From: Candidatus Heimdallarchaeota archaeon
GTDB taxonomy: Archaea; Asgardarchaeota; Heimdallarchaeia; Heimdallarchaeales; Heimdallarchaeaceae
Direction of reading: 5' to 3'
NCBI GenBank assembly: GCA_030668825.1
Contig: DAOVET010000002.1
Coordinates: forward strand, 15,666-79,665
DNA: 64,000 bases
The notes beneath the pieces are model-generated. The model saw nothing but the letters and a program-made list of their open reading frames with translations, searched no databases and was not told where the DNA came from. Of this stretch, positions 30,006-39,460 are shown in pieces. The number at the start of each line of letters is the position of its first letter. Within the stretch, counting starts at the first letter, position 1. The position numbers and the translations under genes were made by a program.

Positions 30006-32183
30006 ATGAAAAATTCAGATGCAAATATAGACCTTAGTAAGCTTCTAAATGATTCATACATAAGTGATCAATTCAATAACCTAGCTAAAGAAAAGAAGAA
30101 ATTTATTGAAGAGTTGACAGATGAGGAAAAGAAGATTTATACTGAAACTATATCTTATATTTTCACAGAAGAAAAATCTGATGCTAAAGTGTCTCGTAGT
30201 TTTGCAGAACCCTTTCAGGTGACATGGAGAAAAATACACTGCCAAAAAGATTTCTTGCGCACTGCTATTTTACCCAAAATCACAAAAGATGTTCTTGTTA
30301 AGGGTTTTCCTACAAGAATAGGAAGCCACCCTGGGTTTGATGATGTCTTCTTAGGAGTTGATTCCAAAGGAAAATTTGTCTTTGGAGTATTTGAACTGAA
30401 AACAAACAAGATTGGAAGTACTTCCCATAGACTCGATAAAGGAACCGAAGCAAGCAAATTGATAGCATTTAATTTGCGAAAAATGAGTACTAAATTTGTT
30501 GAAAAACTAGTTCTTGATGGTGTGGATTTGAAAAAGGCTCAACGTATTGGAAACGCTCTATTTAATAGATTCAGAATGTCAGCAACTGCAATCGGTTTTG
30601 ATTTTCAAAGAAAAGTATCAAGTATGGATATTGTTAAACTATTCCATAATTATTTTGATATACAGCTTATAAATAAAATTCTTGAAGCTGCAATTAAACA
30701 AAATCAGCTAATATCTTTAATAAAAACCTGCTATGCTTTCAAGAAGGAAATCAAAAACAAATATGTTACTGTTGTTAAAGATAAAACTACTGATGTCACA
30801 AATCTAATCAATCTAAATTACAAATACAAAAAAGGTAAAAAAATTGAAATTCCTATCAGTGGTGATTTCTTTAGGATTGATTATGATTTACATACCAAGG
30901 AGTTTAAATTTCCGCAGTTTTCTAGCTCTGCTTTAGGTGTTACTACTTTATCATTTGAGCAGAAAAGAGCTTATTTCAGTTTGAATAAACTAATTAGAAA
31001 AGCACTGAAGAAAGTTGAGCTATCAATTGTGGATGAAAGTGGGGAATTATTGCAAACAAATGAAATAATTAAAAGATTAAATTCAATGCAATCATTTGTG
31101 TATAAAGCACTGATTAAATCAAGAGTTTTTGATGATTTTCAGGTTTTTCATAAAGGTACAATGTTTTTCTTTCTTGAAACTTTATCAAGTGAGAGTAATG
31201 AGAAGAAAATATCTAGATATTTGAAGAATTATTCAAGCTATAAAGGAATAGCTAATTATCATTATCATCAAAAATGGATAGTTCCTTCTATTTTAGACTT
31301 AGGTATTTTTGTGGGAAATTTAAAAGAAGAAAATGAAAACTCGCGTAAATTCAGATTATTTCTGTATAAACATCTACTTGATGGAAGTTCTACTGATACA
31401 AAAGATATGGATATTGAAGAGATTGAAGAGCTTATAACCTCAAATTCTGAATTAAGAGATTATCTTATTGGAAATTTCAGACGTGATATAAGATTACCTG
31501 ATGGTTATTTCTGGACTCAAGCAATAAATTCCACACACTTGAAGAAAGCTTTGGTATTTTGTAATGTAAGAGATAGCAAACCCAAAAAGATGTATGGTTG
31601 TAATTTATATACAAGCTATGATTTTCAATACCTTCTAAAGGATTTGGAACTCGATTCCATACTCCTTCAAAATCCTATTACATTTGGAATTAATGAAGGT
31701 AGGTTAGTAGCAGATTTCAATACAGATAGGAATGTTAAGATTGCAAAAGTATGGATAGAATTTTTATCAGAAACCACAGATATTCCAAAGAATACACTAC
31801 AAAGACTCAATACTCATCTAGGACCTGGTGGTGGGATAGATCTATTATATCCACAAACTAACTGTGAATTACTCAGAATGTTGGTTGTAATTCTATTAAA
31901 ATTCCAAGAAAATTGGGACAAATTAACATTATACATTATTCAAGAAATAAAAACAAAACAAGTACAATGGGAAATTGAAACTTTAAAAAAGAACAACCCT
32001 GTTATATTTGTTAACAAAAGGAATCAAATAACAATTAATGGTGAAGAAGCAATCATAAGATTAGGAACATTAGATGGAACTAATTGGAGAACAACAAGAC
32101 CATTATACTGTTTAGCAAACAGCTCTTGTTGGTTTAATAATATCATCTCTATCTTCAAGAGAGCATACCAAGAAATTATTTAA
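30006..32183 (+). CDS. orphan ~725-aa protein with PD-(D/E)xK nuclease-like motifs
   Basis: AE…HPGFDDVFLG…FGVFELKT near the N-terminus; further LPDGYF and GGGIDLLY…QEIKT motifs. Confidence 0.6.
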   Translation: MKNSDANIDLSKLLNDSYISDQFNNLAKEKKKFIEELTDEEKKIYTETISYIFTEEKSDAKVSRSFAEPFQVTWRKIHCQKDFLRTAILPKITKDVLVKGFPTRIGSHPGFDDVFLGVDSKGKFVFGVFELKTNKIGSTSHRLDKGTEASKLIAFNLRKMSTKFVEKLVLDGVDLKKAQRIGNALFNRFRMSATAIGFDFQRKVSSMDIVKLFHNYFDIQLINKILEAAIKQNQLISLIKTCYAFKKEIKNKYVTVVKDKTTDVTNLINLNYKYKKGKKIEIPISGDFFRIDYDLHTKEFKFPQFSSSALGVTTLSFEQKRAYFSLNKLIRKALKKVELSIVDESGELLQTNEIIKRLNSMQSFVYKALIKSRVFDDFQVFHKGTMFFFLETLSSESNEKKISRYLKNYSSYKGIANYHYHQKWIVPSILDLGIFVGNLKEENENSRKFRLFLYKHLLDGSSTDTKDMDIEEIEELITSNSELRDYLIGNFRRDIRLPDGYFWTQAINSTHLKKALVFCNVRDSKPKKMYGCNLYTSYDFQYLLKDLELDSILLQNPITFGINEGRLVADFNTDRNVKIAKVWIEFLSETTDIPKNTLQRLNTHLGPGGGIDLLYPQTNCELLRMLVVILLKFQENWDKLTLYIIQEIKTKQVQWEIETLKKNNPVIFVNKRNQITINGEEAIIRLGTLDGTNWRTTRPLYCLANSSCWFNNIISIFKRAYQEII

Positions 32184-33372
32184 CATAATTTGGTTCTTCC
32201 CCCTTATCTTCTAGATCTTGTTGTTCAGTTGGATATACTGTCTTTCTTGACGATTTCACTATTTTACTAAAAACTCTATAACTACCAATAGAAACCAAGA
32301 TAATTGAGAGAATGATGAGAGCTTTCAGCATAATGTCAAGCCAGAGATTTAAGGAGTGTTTCTGAACATCTTCAGGATTTAACACCAACATGAAATTAGA
32401 AGGGTAAAACTCATAGAGAGTGCTTAAAACCAACAATAATACTATCCTTAGTGTAAAGAATATTGTTATTATCAAAGCTGTTCTTCCTACAACCCACAAT
32501 GACGGATACTTTTCTTTGTTTAAAACTCCCCTTATAGAATTGGATTTTCCTCTTATTTTCCTATAATGGTAATAGATTGAACTTGTATATTCTACATTAG
32601 GGTTTTTCGATAATTTTCTCTGCACTCCGAAAATAAATTGAATAACATGATAAGAAAACCCAGCAAGAGCTATATAAAAACAACCTATTGAAAAATAGTG
32701 GAAAATGTCATAGAGTAAACACCAAGTGTAAGAAATTAACTGTGGAAAATAGAAGTAAGGATTAGTATATAAGAAACTAAACATAAAAACCGAAATGAGA
32801 AGAAAAATTATTTTCCTCACAAACATGTTATCGTCATTATAACTGTGAGCTAGTCTGTTTCCTACTCTATTCTCAATTTCTGTTACTTCACGTGACATCT
32901 TATTATAACCAATAATATTAAACAGGGCTAAACCTACAAACACACCAATAGTTAATGCCCAATTAATCTCAAATGGATTGGAACGAGTAAAGTCGAAATA
33001 TTCTGTAAAATTTATTGAAGTAGATTCATCATAGAACAGTAAAAACAACTTATTAGATGAGTTAATGTATTGATTTAGGAGTTTAATCACCAAAAGAGTA
33101 TCAACTAATACACTAAGACCCCTACGAATTCGACAATTTTCAGTTATCTCAAAATCATTAATCGTCACTTCAAAACCAATGATTTTTGGTAATTTCTTTA
33201 GTTCTACGTGAACTTCTTTGTAATCTTCTAGAACTTCTATATTTTCAATAATTATGTCCTCTACAGATCCTTGAGCTGTTTTAGTATTTAGGAATATAAT
33301 AACGAATAAGAGAGTAATCAACAAGCATCTTTTCATTATATATTTATAGAAAAAAGTGCATATATACACCAC
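32176..33372 (-). CDS. hypothetical polytopic membrane protein
   Basis: Signal-like N-terminus and about five hydrophobic helices. Confidence 0.6.
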   Translation of the reverse strand: MVYICTFFYKYIMKRCLLITLLFVIIFLNTKTAQGSVEDIIIENIEVLEDYKEVHVELKKLPKIIGFEVTINDFEITENCRIRRGLSVLVDTLLVIKLLNQYINSSNKLFLLFYDESTSINFTEYFDFTRSNPFEINWALTIGVFVGLALFNIIGYNKMSREVTEIENRVGNRLAHSYNDDNMFVRKIIFLLISVFMFSFLYTNPYFYFPQLISYTWCLLYDIFHYFSIGCFYIALAGFSYHVIQFIFGVQRKLSKNPNVEYTSSIYYHYRKIRGKSNSIRGVLNKEKYPSLWVVGRTALIITIFFTLRIVLLLVLSTLYEFYPSNFMLVLNPEDVQKHSLNLWLDIMLKALIILSIILVSIGSYRVFSKIVKSSRKTVYPTEQQDLEDKGEEPNYVK

Positions 33373-33451
33373 AAAAATATCTTACAAAAATATTCGATAT
33401 GGAGGGAAACTTTAAAGTATTAACTTGAGAATTAGAGGGTTAAGATGATGA

Positions 33452-33946
33452 AGAATTCTTGTAGACAATCAAGAAATTCTTCATTATACTGAAAATCAAC
33501 TGGCTGATTACAGATGTAAAACTGTAGGTTTAATCTATCAGTCTTACAATTTAGCGCAGTTCTTGACTGTCAAAGAAAATATAGAGTTTCCAATGTTATT
33601 GGCAAAAACACCACTAGAAAAAAGAGAAAAACGTATTGAAGAGCTAACAGAATTTCTAGAAATTAGTAGATACATTGAGCAAAAACCTGAATTCTTGAGT
33701 GGAGGGGAACAACAACGAGTTGCGATTGCTATTGCCTTAGCAAATAATCCTCCAATAATATTAGCTGATGAGCCTACAGGTAATATTGATGTAGAAACAG
33801 CAGAAACAGTTTACACCAATTTATCTCATATGTGCCAAATCTATAACACAACTCTTGTGATAGCCTCACATGATCCAAAAGCCTCAGAATATACAGAAAG
33901 AGAGGTAATTCTAACAGAATTAGAATCCAATAAGATAAGAAGGTGA
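33452..33946 (+). pseudogene. 5'-truncated ABC ATPase (LolD/MacB-like)
   Basis: Has the Q-loop (GLIYQSYNL), [23 protein letters not shown] and SHD, but two in-frame TGA stops at 33446-33451 precede it and no Walker A is present. Confidence 0.8.
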
Positions 33947-34100
33947 AAATTAGTAGAAGAAAGAAACTTATCGAATATAGAAAAGCCTGTGATGATTTAT
34001 GTAAATTTAATGGAGCTAGCTATGTTCCTTTAAATTGAAGGTGAGTTATAATGATATGTAAATACGAATTATTCACTTTTTTGTTTTTGAATTATGGAAC

Positions 34101-35516
34101 TTAAAAATATTTTTCTAGTTTCTTAGTAGAGAGAACCAGTACAATTAAAGAAATTGAAATGGTGCTGTATCTCTTCTGAGATTTAGAATTCAAATCAGAA
34201 GTAAAACGAAGACTATATCTGTTCAAATTAAAAAAATCTATTTCTGATATTGGAATACGATAATAGTAAATAGAACTTGGTCCCCAAGTAGCAGAAGTTT
34301 TTTTACTCCTATCAAAACTAGACCAAGCAAAATGGAAATAGTTTTCACTTAGATCGCAGTGAGCGTAAAATTCATTGTATTTTGATGTACTTGTTAATTG
34401 AACTTCCTCAAAACTCTCTCCATCGTATTTACCCAAGAATATGTCCATTTGATCACTATTGTTTAAGAAAGTTCTTCGTGTATATACAAAACGAAAAGTG
34501 CCATCTTCAAGAACGCAAATAGAGTCATCATAAAAAATCATGTTACCATAAAAGCTGACTATTTCTTGAGTAGTAGAATAAGTAGAGTTGAAAACTTTTG
34601 TAAGAAAAAGACGACTGATATTAGTTTCATGGCCACTTTCATAATAAAATACATTGAATGTGTTATCAGAAGGAATTATAGCTATAGAATATTGGGGAGG
34701 ATTACCTATTCCCAATTTATAAAGTTCCCAACCGTTTTCTGGCCAATTAATAGCTAAATAAGGATGCATATTGTTTTCATTTATATAGTTCCCCCATAGC
34801 AAAGCTATAGTAGAATTCACAACTTTGAAATCGCCAGGAGCTACTGAAAAATCATCAACGATTTCGGGTAACACCGTATGCATGAATATACCCTTGTTTT
34901 CTGTGCCATTGTAGATAACAGGTGTTTGAACACCAACGGTACTTCCATTTATTTGAAAAAGCTGATGCGTGATGAATGCAAACACAGCATCTCCAGAACC
35001 AGAAAATAGCCAGTTTAAAACAGGTTTTCTCACACCTACGCTACAATTGTAGGGCACATTTTCTAGAGCTGGATGTTCCTCCCAGGTATTATTGATTACT
35101 GTTAAAACCTCCCCTAGATCGTTTTCATATCCAGTTGTTGCATAAATATAAATAAAAGGTCTTTTTTGTGGGTCTAATCCAATTCTTATTTGAAAAAAAG
35201 TACCTAAAACCATCGAATTAAATCTTGGAATGAAAGCTATAGTGTCTTCCTTGAGATTTAATCTGGTATAGATCAAGTCTATGTCGTCTCCGATATCAGA
35301 TGTAGCATTAGAGAAACAGAAATGGGTTATGTTATCATTTTCTACAACCATGTCTGATAGAATACTTGCATTCCATAAAGCATTGGGATAAACATATTTA
35401 TCAGTAATTGGTTTCTTTGGTTGTTCGATAACTAGGTAATATATAGGTAAAGCAATCGCAAGGCTAATACTTATTAAAATCCCTATTGAAATAACAATTC
35501 TCAGATACTTTTGCAT
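34101..35516 (-). CDS. membrane-anchored extracellular protein, probable beta-propeller
   Basis: N-terminal TM; beta-rich repeats (HFCFS, HFAWS, IYYYR). Confidence 0.6.
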   Translation of the reverse strand: MQKYLRIVISIGILISISLAIALPIYYLVIEQPKKPITDKYVYPNALWNASILSDMVVENDNITHFCFSNATSDIGDDIDLIYTRLNLKEDTIAFIPRFNSMVLGTFFQIRIGLDPQKRPFIYIYATTGYENDLGEVLTVINNTWEEHPALENVPYNCSVGVRKPVLNWLFSGSGDAVFAFITHQLFQINGSTVGVQTPVIYNGTENKGIFMHTVLPEIVDDFSVAPGDFKVVNSTIALLWGNYINENNMHPYLAINWPENGWELYKLGIGNPPQYSIAIIPSDNTFNVFYYESGHETNISRLFLTKVFNSTYSTTQEIVSFYGNMIFYDDSICVLEDGTFRFVYTRRTFLNNSDQMDIFLGKYDGESFEEVQLTSTSKYNEFYAHCDLSENYFHFAWSSFDRSKKTSATWGPSSIYYYRIPISEIDFFNLNRYSLRFTSDLNSKSQKRYSTISISLIVLVLSTKKLEKYF

Positions 35517-35723
35517 TAGCTCACCTAATAGTCGTTCAATACATCTTATATAGCTTTTCTCGCATTCTACAGTTTGCCTTATATTAAAATTTCAAGATTA
35601 TAAGTATTATTTAGAGATTCTCTTTTAATTTGGAAATGTTTCAATACTCAACAAATCACTTTTAAATTTATAATCCTATCAGTATTGTTTGGAGATGATG
35701 ATTTTACAAGCACAAAAATTGTG

Positions 35724-37388
35724 CTATATCTTGCTTTTTCTTTTCGAACTAAATTTGAAATAACCAAATACAGCTAGTGGGATTAGTACAACTAAAGAAA
35801 GAAACGAGTAGTAAATGTTATTATTTCTATAGATTGGAGGTTCAGAAAGAGGATAAAGGTCTTGTGCATTTGCAAATCCATCTATATAATAGCTTCCCAC
35901 TACAACAAAATAGTCAGTCCAGTAATTCCCTTCTTCTGATTCTTCATCGTACCAAATATTATTTACACCATCGTCTTTAGCTTGAGCAGTGTTAAAATAT
36001 TGATTATTTTCTATGAAAGAATTATGATGTATTGAATTATTCCTTGAGTATAAATCCAGAACTACTCCCCATAGAAGGTTTTCACTTAAAAAATTGTAAC
36101 TAAGTTCATTTTTGGAAGAGCTTTCTAGAACTATACCTGCAAAATTTGAGTTACACGTATTATTGATGATCGCCATTCCTATGGAACCATAAGTATAGAT
36201 TCCGAGATTCCAATTATCAGAGCAAAAATTGTTTTGAATTGTTCCTTTAATACAATAACGTAGGGTTATACCTGTATGAGTATAGGATAGGTTTTGGTTC
36301 AATATTTGAATATTGGAACAATCTGCAAGAATTAACTGACCGTAAATAGGTTGGGTAATTTTTAGATCATCTAAACCCACAAAATAACCAAATTCTTTGT
36401 CATTAACCGAATTATTTTGGACAATGTAGGAGTGATAGTCTTCTCTGTTTAGTTCATAGAATTCGAAACCACTTCTATACAGAGCATTGTTAGTTATTTT
36501 TGACTCCTCAGCATCGATTAAGTATATCCCAATTCCATTACCAGAACAAATATTATTGTCAACTGTTACATTCCCCCCATTTACTATGACAATCCCCATA
36601 CCAGAGCAATGGTTGTTTGAAACAAAAGAATCATTGGATTCATAAAGCGCTATATTAGTCTGGCTATTATCTGTGCACAAGTTATTTACTACAGTTGATT
36701 TGTTGGATTGAGATAAACTTATGCCCCCATGGTAAGTATTTTCATAACATCTATTATCAGCTACGTACGATAAAGGTGATTCTTCCACAACAATCCCTCC
36801 CATACTATTTGAATTGCAAGTGTTATTATTAATCAAACACGCTTCACTTAGGTCTACAAATATCCCTAACCAACCATCCTGAATACACCGATTGTTTTCA
36901 ATTTGTGATTCAGAAGAGTTCCCAACATGAATACCAACAAAGCTATTATAGTTGCAAGTATTGTTAATTATTTTCGTGCCTGGTGAATGATTGATTCGAA
37001 TGCCTGTTGCAGAATTTCCCACACAAATGTTGTCTTCTATTATAGTTGTTTCTTTCCTTACAGAATCTATAACTATACCGCCCCTATAAGCATCTACAAA
37101 ACAATTCTGAATTTTAAAATATTTAGTCGTATTATGGATATAGATTCCTTTATCCTCAGAGGTTGTTATGTTCAAATTTTCAATCCTGAAAGGTTCTTGA
37201 GGAGTCCCAGTACCTAATAATCCATAATCTGTGAAATTTGAATCATTTGTTATTATAATTGGTAATGAGTCTAAGTAAGAAAAAGAATAGGGATAAGTAG
37301 TACTTTCTGAAACAATTATATTCTGAACAGTAATCTCAGTTGAGCTTATTAATATAACTAAAATAAACATTTGATATAATTTATTCAT
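35724..37388 (-). CDS. NosD/right-handed parallel beta-helix surface protein
   Basis: Many 'I.NNTC..N…GI' repeats, GNYWTDY…DLYPL, C-terminal TM + basic tail. Confidence 0.88.
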   Translation of the reverse strand: MNKLYQMFILVILISSTEITVQNIIVSESTTYPYSFSYLDSLPIIITNDSNFTDYGLLGTGTPQEPFRIENLNITTSEDKGIYIHNTTKYFKIQNCFVDAYRGGIVIDSVRKETTIIEDNICVGNSATGIRINHSPGTKIINNTCNYNSFVGIHVGNSSESQIENNRCIQDGWLGIFVDLSEACLINNNTCNSNSMGGIVVEESPLSYVADNRCYENTYHGGISLSQSNKSTVVNNLCTDNSQTNIALYESNDSFVSNNHCSGMGIVIVNGGNVTVDNNICSGNGIGIYLIDAEESKITNNALYRSGFEFYELNREDYHSYIVQNNSVNDKEFGYFVGLDDLKITQPIYGQLILADCSNIQILNQNLSYTHTGITLRYCIKGTIQNNFCSDNWNLGIYTYGSIGMAIINNTCNSNFAGIVLESSSKNELSYNFLSENLLWGVVLDLYSRNNSIHHNSFIENNQYFNTAQAKDDGVNNIWYDEESEEGNYWTDYFVVVGSYYIDGFANAQDLYPLSEPPIYRNNNIYYSFLSLVVLIPLAVFGYFKFSSKRKSKI

Positions 37389-37416
37389 TGTATACTTATC
37401 CCCTTTGTTATTTTAT

Positions 37417-37674
37417 TTATTGTGGTGTGATGCCCTCTATTGATAAACAGAATCCATTTCCATAATCATTCCATCTTGTTGGAGTTTGGTTTGCGTTGTA
37501 GTAATTAACTGACCCTACATAATGATTATACCACCACCATGCATCTATGAAAATATAATCGAAATCTGCAGTTATTGAACCTGCATATCCATGTTCAGAA
37601 GGATTTCCATTCCAAGAATAGTGCAGAAAACCCTTTGGGGTTTCAACTTTTCTTAACTTTTCTTTGTTTTTCAT
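37417..37674 (-). CDS. short hypothetical protein, possibly a gene remnant
   Basis: 85 aa; aromatic, extracellular-looking C-part without a signal peptide. Confidence 0.3.
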   Translation of the reverse strand: MKNKEKLRKVETPKGFLHYSWNGNPSEHGYAGSITADFDYIFIDAWWWYNHYVGSVNYYNANQTPTRWNDYGNGFCLSIEGITPQ

Positions 37675-37827
37675 GAGTTTTTTTGATGTTTCACTTGTTC
37701 CATAATTCTCTGAAAAAAAACTAAAATCTAGAAAATATTATTCTTGTTATTAGAAATTAGGTTTATGGCCTTTTTGTATAAATATTTATAGCTAAAACTA
37801 GTCATTTATGTTTAAGGAGTGTTTTAA

Positions 37828-38634
37828 ATGGAAGAAGAATCTAAAGATGATTTACTAGAAGAAGCTGAAGAGGAGCTTAGTGAAGAAGTAAAGGAAGAAC
37901 TCAAAGAAGAGCTTGAGGAGGAAGTAGAAGAGTTCAGTGAAGAAGAAAAAGAAGATCTCGAAGAAGAACTCGAAGAAGAACCTGAGGAAGAAATAGATGA
38001 GCTTGTAGAGGAACTTGAAGAAATTGCAGAAGATGAAGACGAAATAGAAGAGATCGAAGAAGAAGCAGTTGAAGAAGTAGTAGAAGAAGCTGTAGAGGAT
38101 GTTGTCGAAGAAATTCTTGATGAAATAGATGAAGAAGTAGAAGAAGAGGTTCTTGAAGATATTGTGGAAGAAGTGGTTGAAGAAGCTGAAGATGAAGCTG
38201 AGGAAGTGCAAATTGTTTCTGAACCAGAATATAAATCTGAACCTGCGCCAGAAGGGATTCCAGAAGATATCAAGAAATTAGGTGGTAACATCCAAATTAT
38301 TTTGAAAGATGTCGATGGTGATTTGATTCCATTTGGGTATCATTTACAGAAAGACAAACTAATTATCAAAGAAGATGAAGCAATGAAAGTTAAAATTGTG
38401 TTATCATGGTTATACAAACAAAATAGGAGCGTAGAAGAGATTTCTGATGCCACAAAACTAAGCATCGAAGAGATTGAAAAAATACTCATAAATCCTTTAT
38501 ACTTCGGTAAGATTTACTTCGAAGGAGCACTTGTGAAAGGCAATCATGAACCCATATTAACTGAAAGATATTGCAAATTAAATGAAATAAATACTGATGA
38601 AATTGAGGAAAAATATCTTTCCACAAAGAAATAA
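37828..38634 (+). CDS. poly-acidic protein with C-terminal serine-recombinase 'recombinase' (DNA-binding) domain
   Basis: aa 1-127 are Glu/Asp low-complexity; then PFGY…LII.EDEA..V…S…I…IL.NPLYFGKI…GNHEPIL. Confidence 0.75.
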   Translation: MEEESKDDLLEEAEEELSEEVKEELKEELEEEVEEFSEEEKEDLEEELEEEPEEEIDELVEELEEIAEDEDEIEEIEEEAVEEVVEEAVEDVVEEILDEIDEEVEEEVLEDIVEEVVEEAEDEAEEVQIVSEPEYKSEPAPEGIPEDIKKLGGNIQIILKDVDGDLIPFGYHLQKDKLIIKEDEAMKVKIVLSWLYKQNRSVEEISDATKLSIEEIEKILINPLYFGKIYFEGALVKGNHEPILTERYCKLNEINTDEIEEKYLSTKK

Positions 38635-38745
38635 GATTAAGGAAATTTATGTGCGGAAGTCTTACTTCCTATTCCTTTTTTAATTGTACTTTTTAATTCT
38701 CAATTTTCGTACTTTTTCTTATTAGAATACACAGTTAAATTCTTT

Positions 38746-39063
38746 TTAGCTAATTCCTTCAGCTAATAAATCCCCAATTGTGTCAGCAGTCATACTAAAA
38801 AAGGAGATGAGATCCTCCTTTGAATGCAAGAGTTCATACAGATTTTTCATCGGTAAATCTTGTCCTTCATCATCAACAAAAACAATTTCATACCCTAAAC
38901 CTTTCCCTAGGTTGCTTTGTTCTCTTAACCATTCTCTCTGTTCTTCAAAGAAATTCTGTAGAAATTCTTTAACATTGATTATATTACTTAACTTGTATCT
39001 AGTCAATTCAAGTTTTTTCTCACTTTCTTCAGCATAGATTTTGAATACCATTTTCCATGTCAA
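38746..39063 (-). CDS. hypothetical protein
   Basis: 105-aa ORF with an AGGTG RBS upstream. Confidence 0.6.
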   Translation of the reverse strand: MTWKMVFKIYAEESEKKLELTRYKLSNIINVKEFLQNFFEEQREWLREQSNLGKGLGYEIVFVDDEGQDLPMKNLYELLHSKEDLISFFSMTADTIGDLLAEGIS

Positions 39064-39246
39064 GTTTTACACCTTAGTTGTTTTCAACTACTAATGCTAC
39101 ATTTGATATATAAACCGATGAATTACTTTCTCGTGCTTAAATATGAATCTACGCTGAATCGCTTATTGTAGCGTTTTTTCTGAACCAAAAACTATAAGTT
39201 TTTAAACGTGCTTTCGACCACTAAAGTAGACAAGAAAGGTGATTAA

Positions 39247-39429
39247 ATGGGTCACGGATCGCTCCAAAAAGCAGGTAAAGTTAGAAAGCAAACTCCCAAA
39301 GTTGAAGGAAAAGAAAGACACAGTCCTATTCCCAGAAGGGGTCTAAGAAACAAATATGTTAAACGTGTTATTCTTGGTCGTTACGCTGGTCAAGCTCAGA
39401 GCATGGGAGCTAAACGTCGTTCCAGATAA
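39247..39429 (+). CDS. rps30e: 30S ribosomal protein S30e (eS30)
   Basis: HGSLQKAGKVRKQTPKV. Confidence 0.95.
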   Translation: MGHGSLQKAGKVRKQTPKVEGKERHSPIPRRGLRNKYVKRVILGRYAGQAQSMGAKRRSR

Positions 39430-39460
39430 TATCTTCTATTTATTGAAAAACTGTTTTCAA

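Noticed and set aside
37824-38291. Ser-rich and Phe-rich antisense ORFs (37824-38291, 37855-38211)
   Set aside because: Shadow frames of the GAA-rich poly-Glu coding strand.
37828-38634. Functional integrase marking a prophage or ICE
   Set aside because: No catalytic serine-resolvase domain and no att repeats or phage genes seen.
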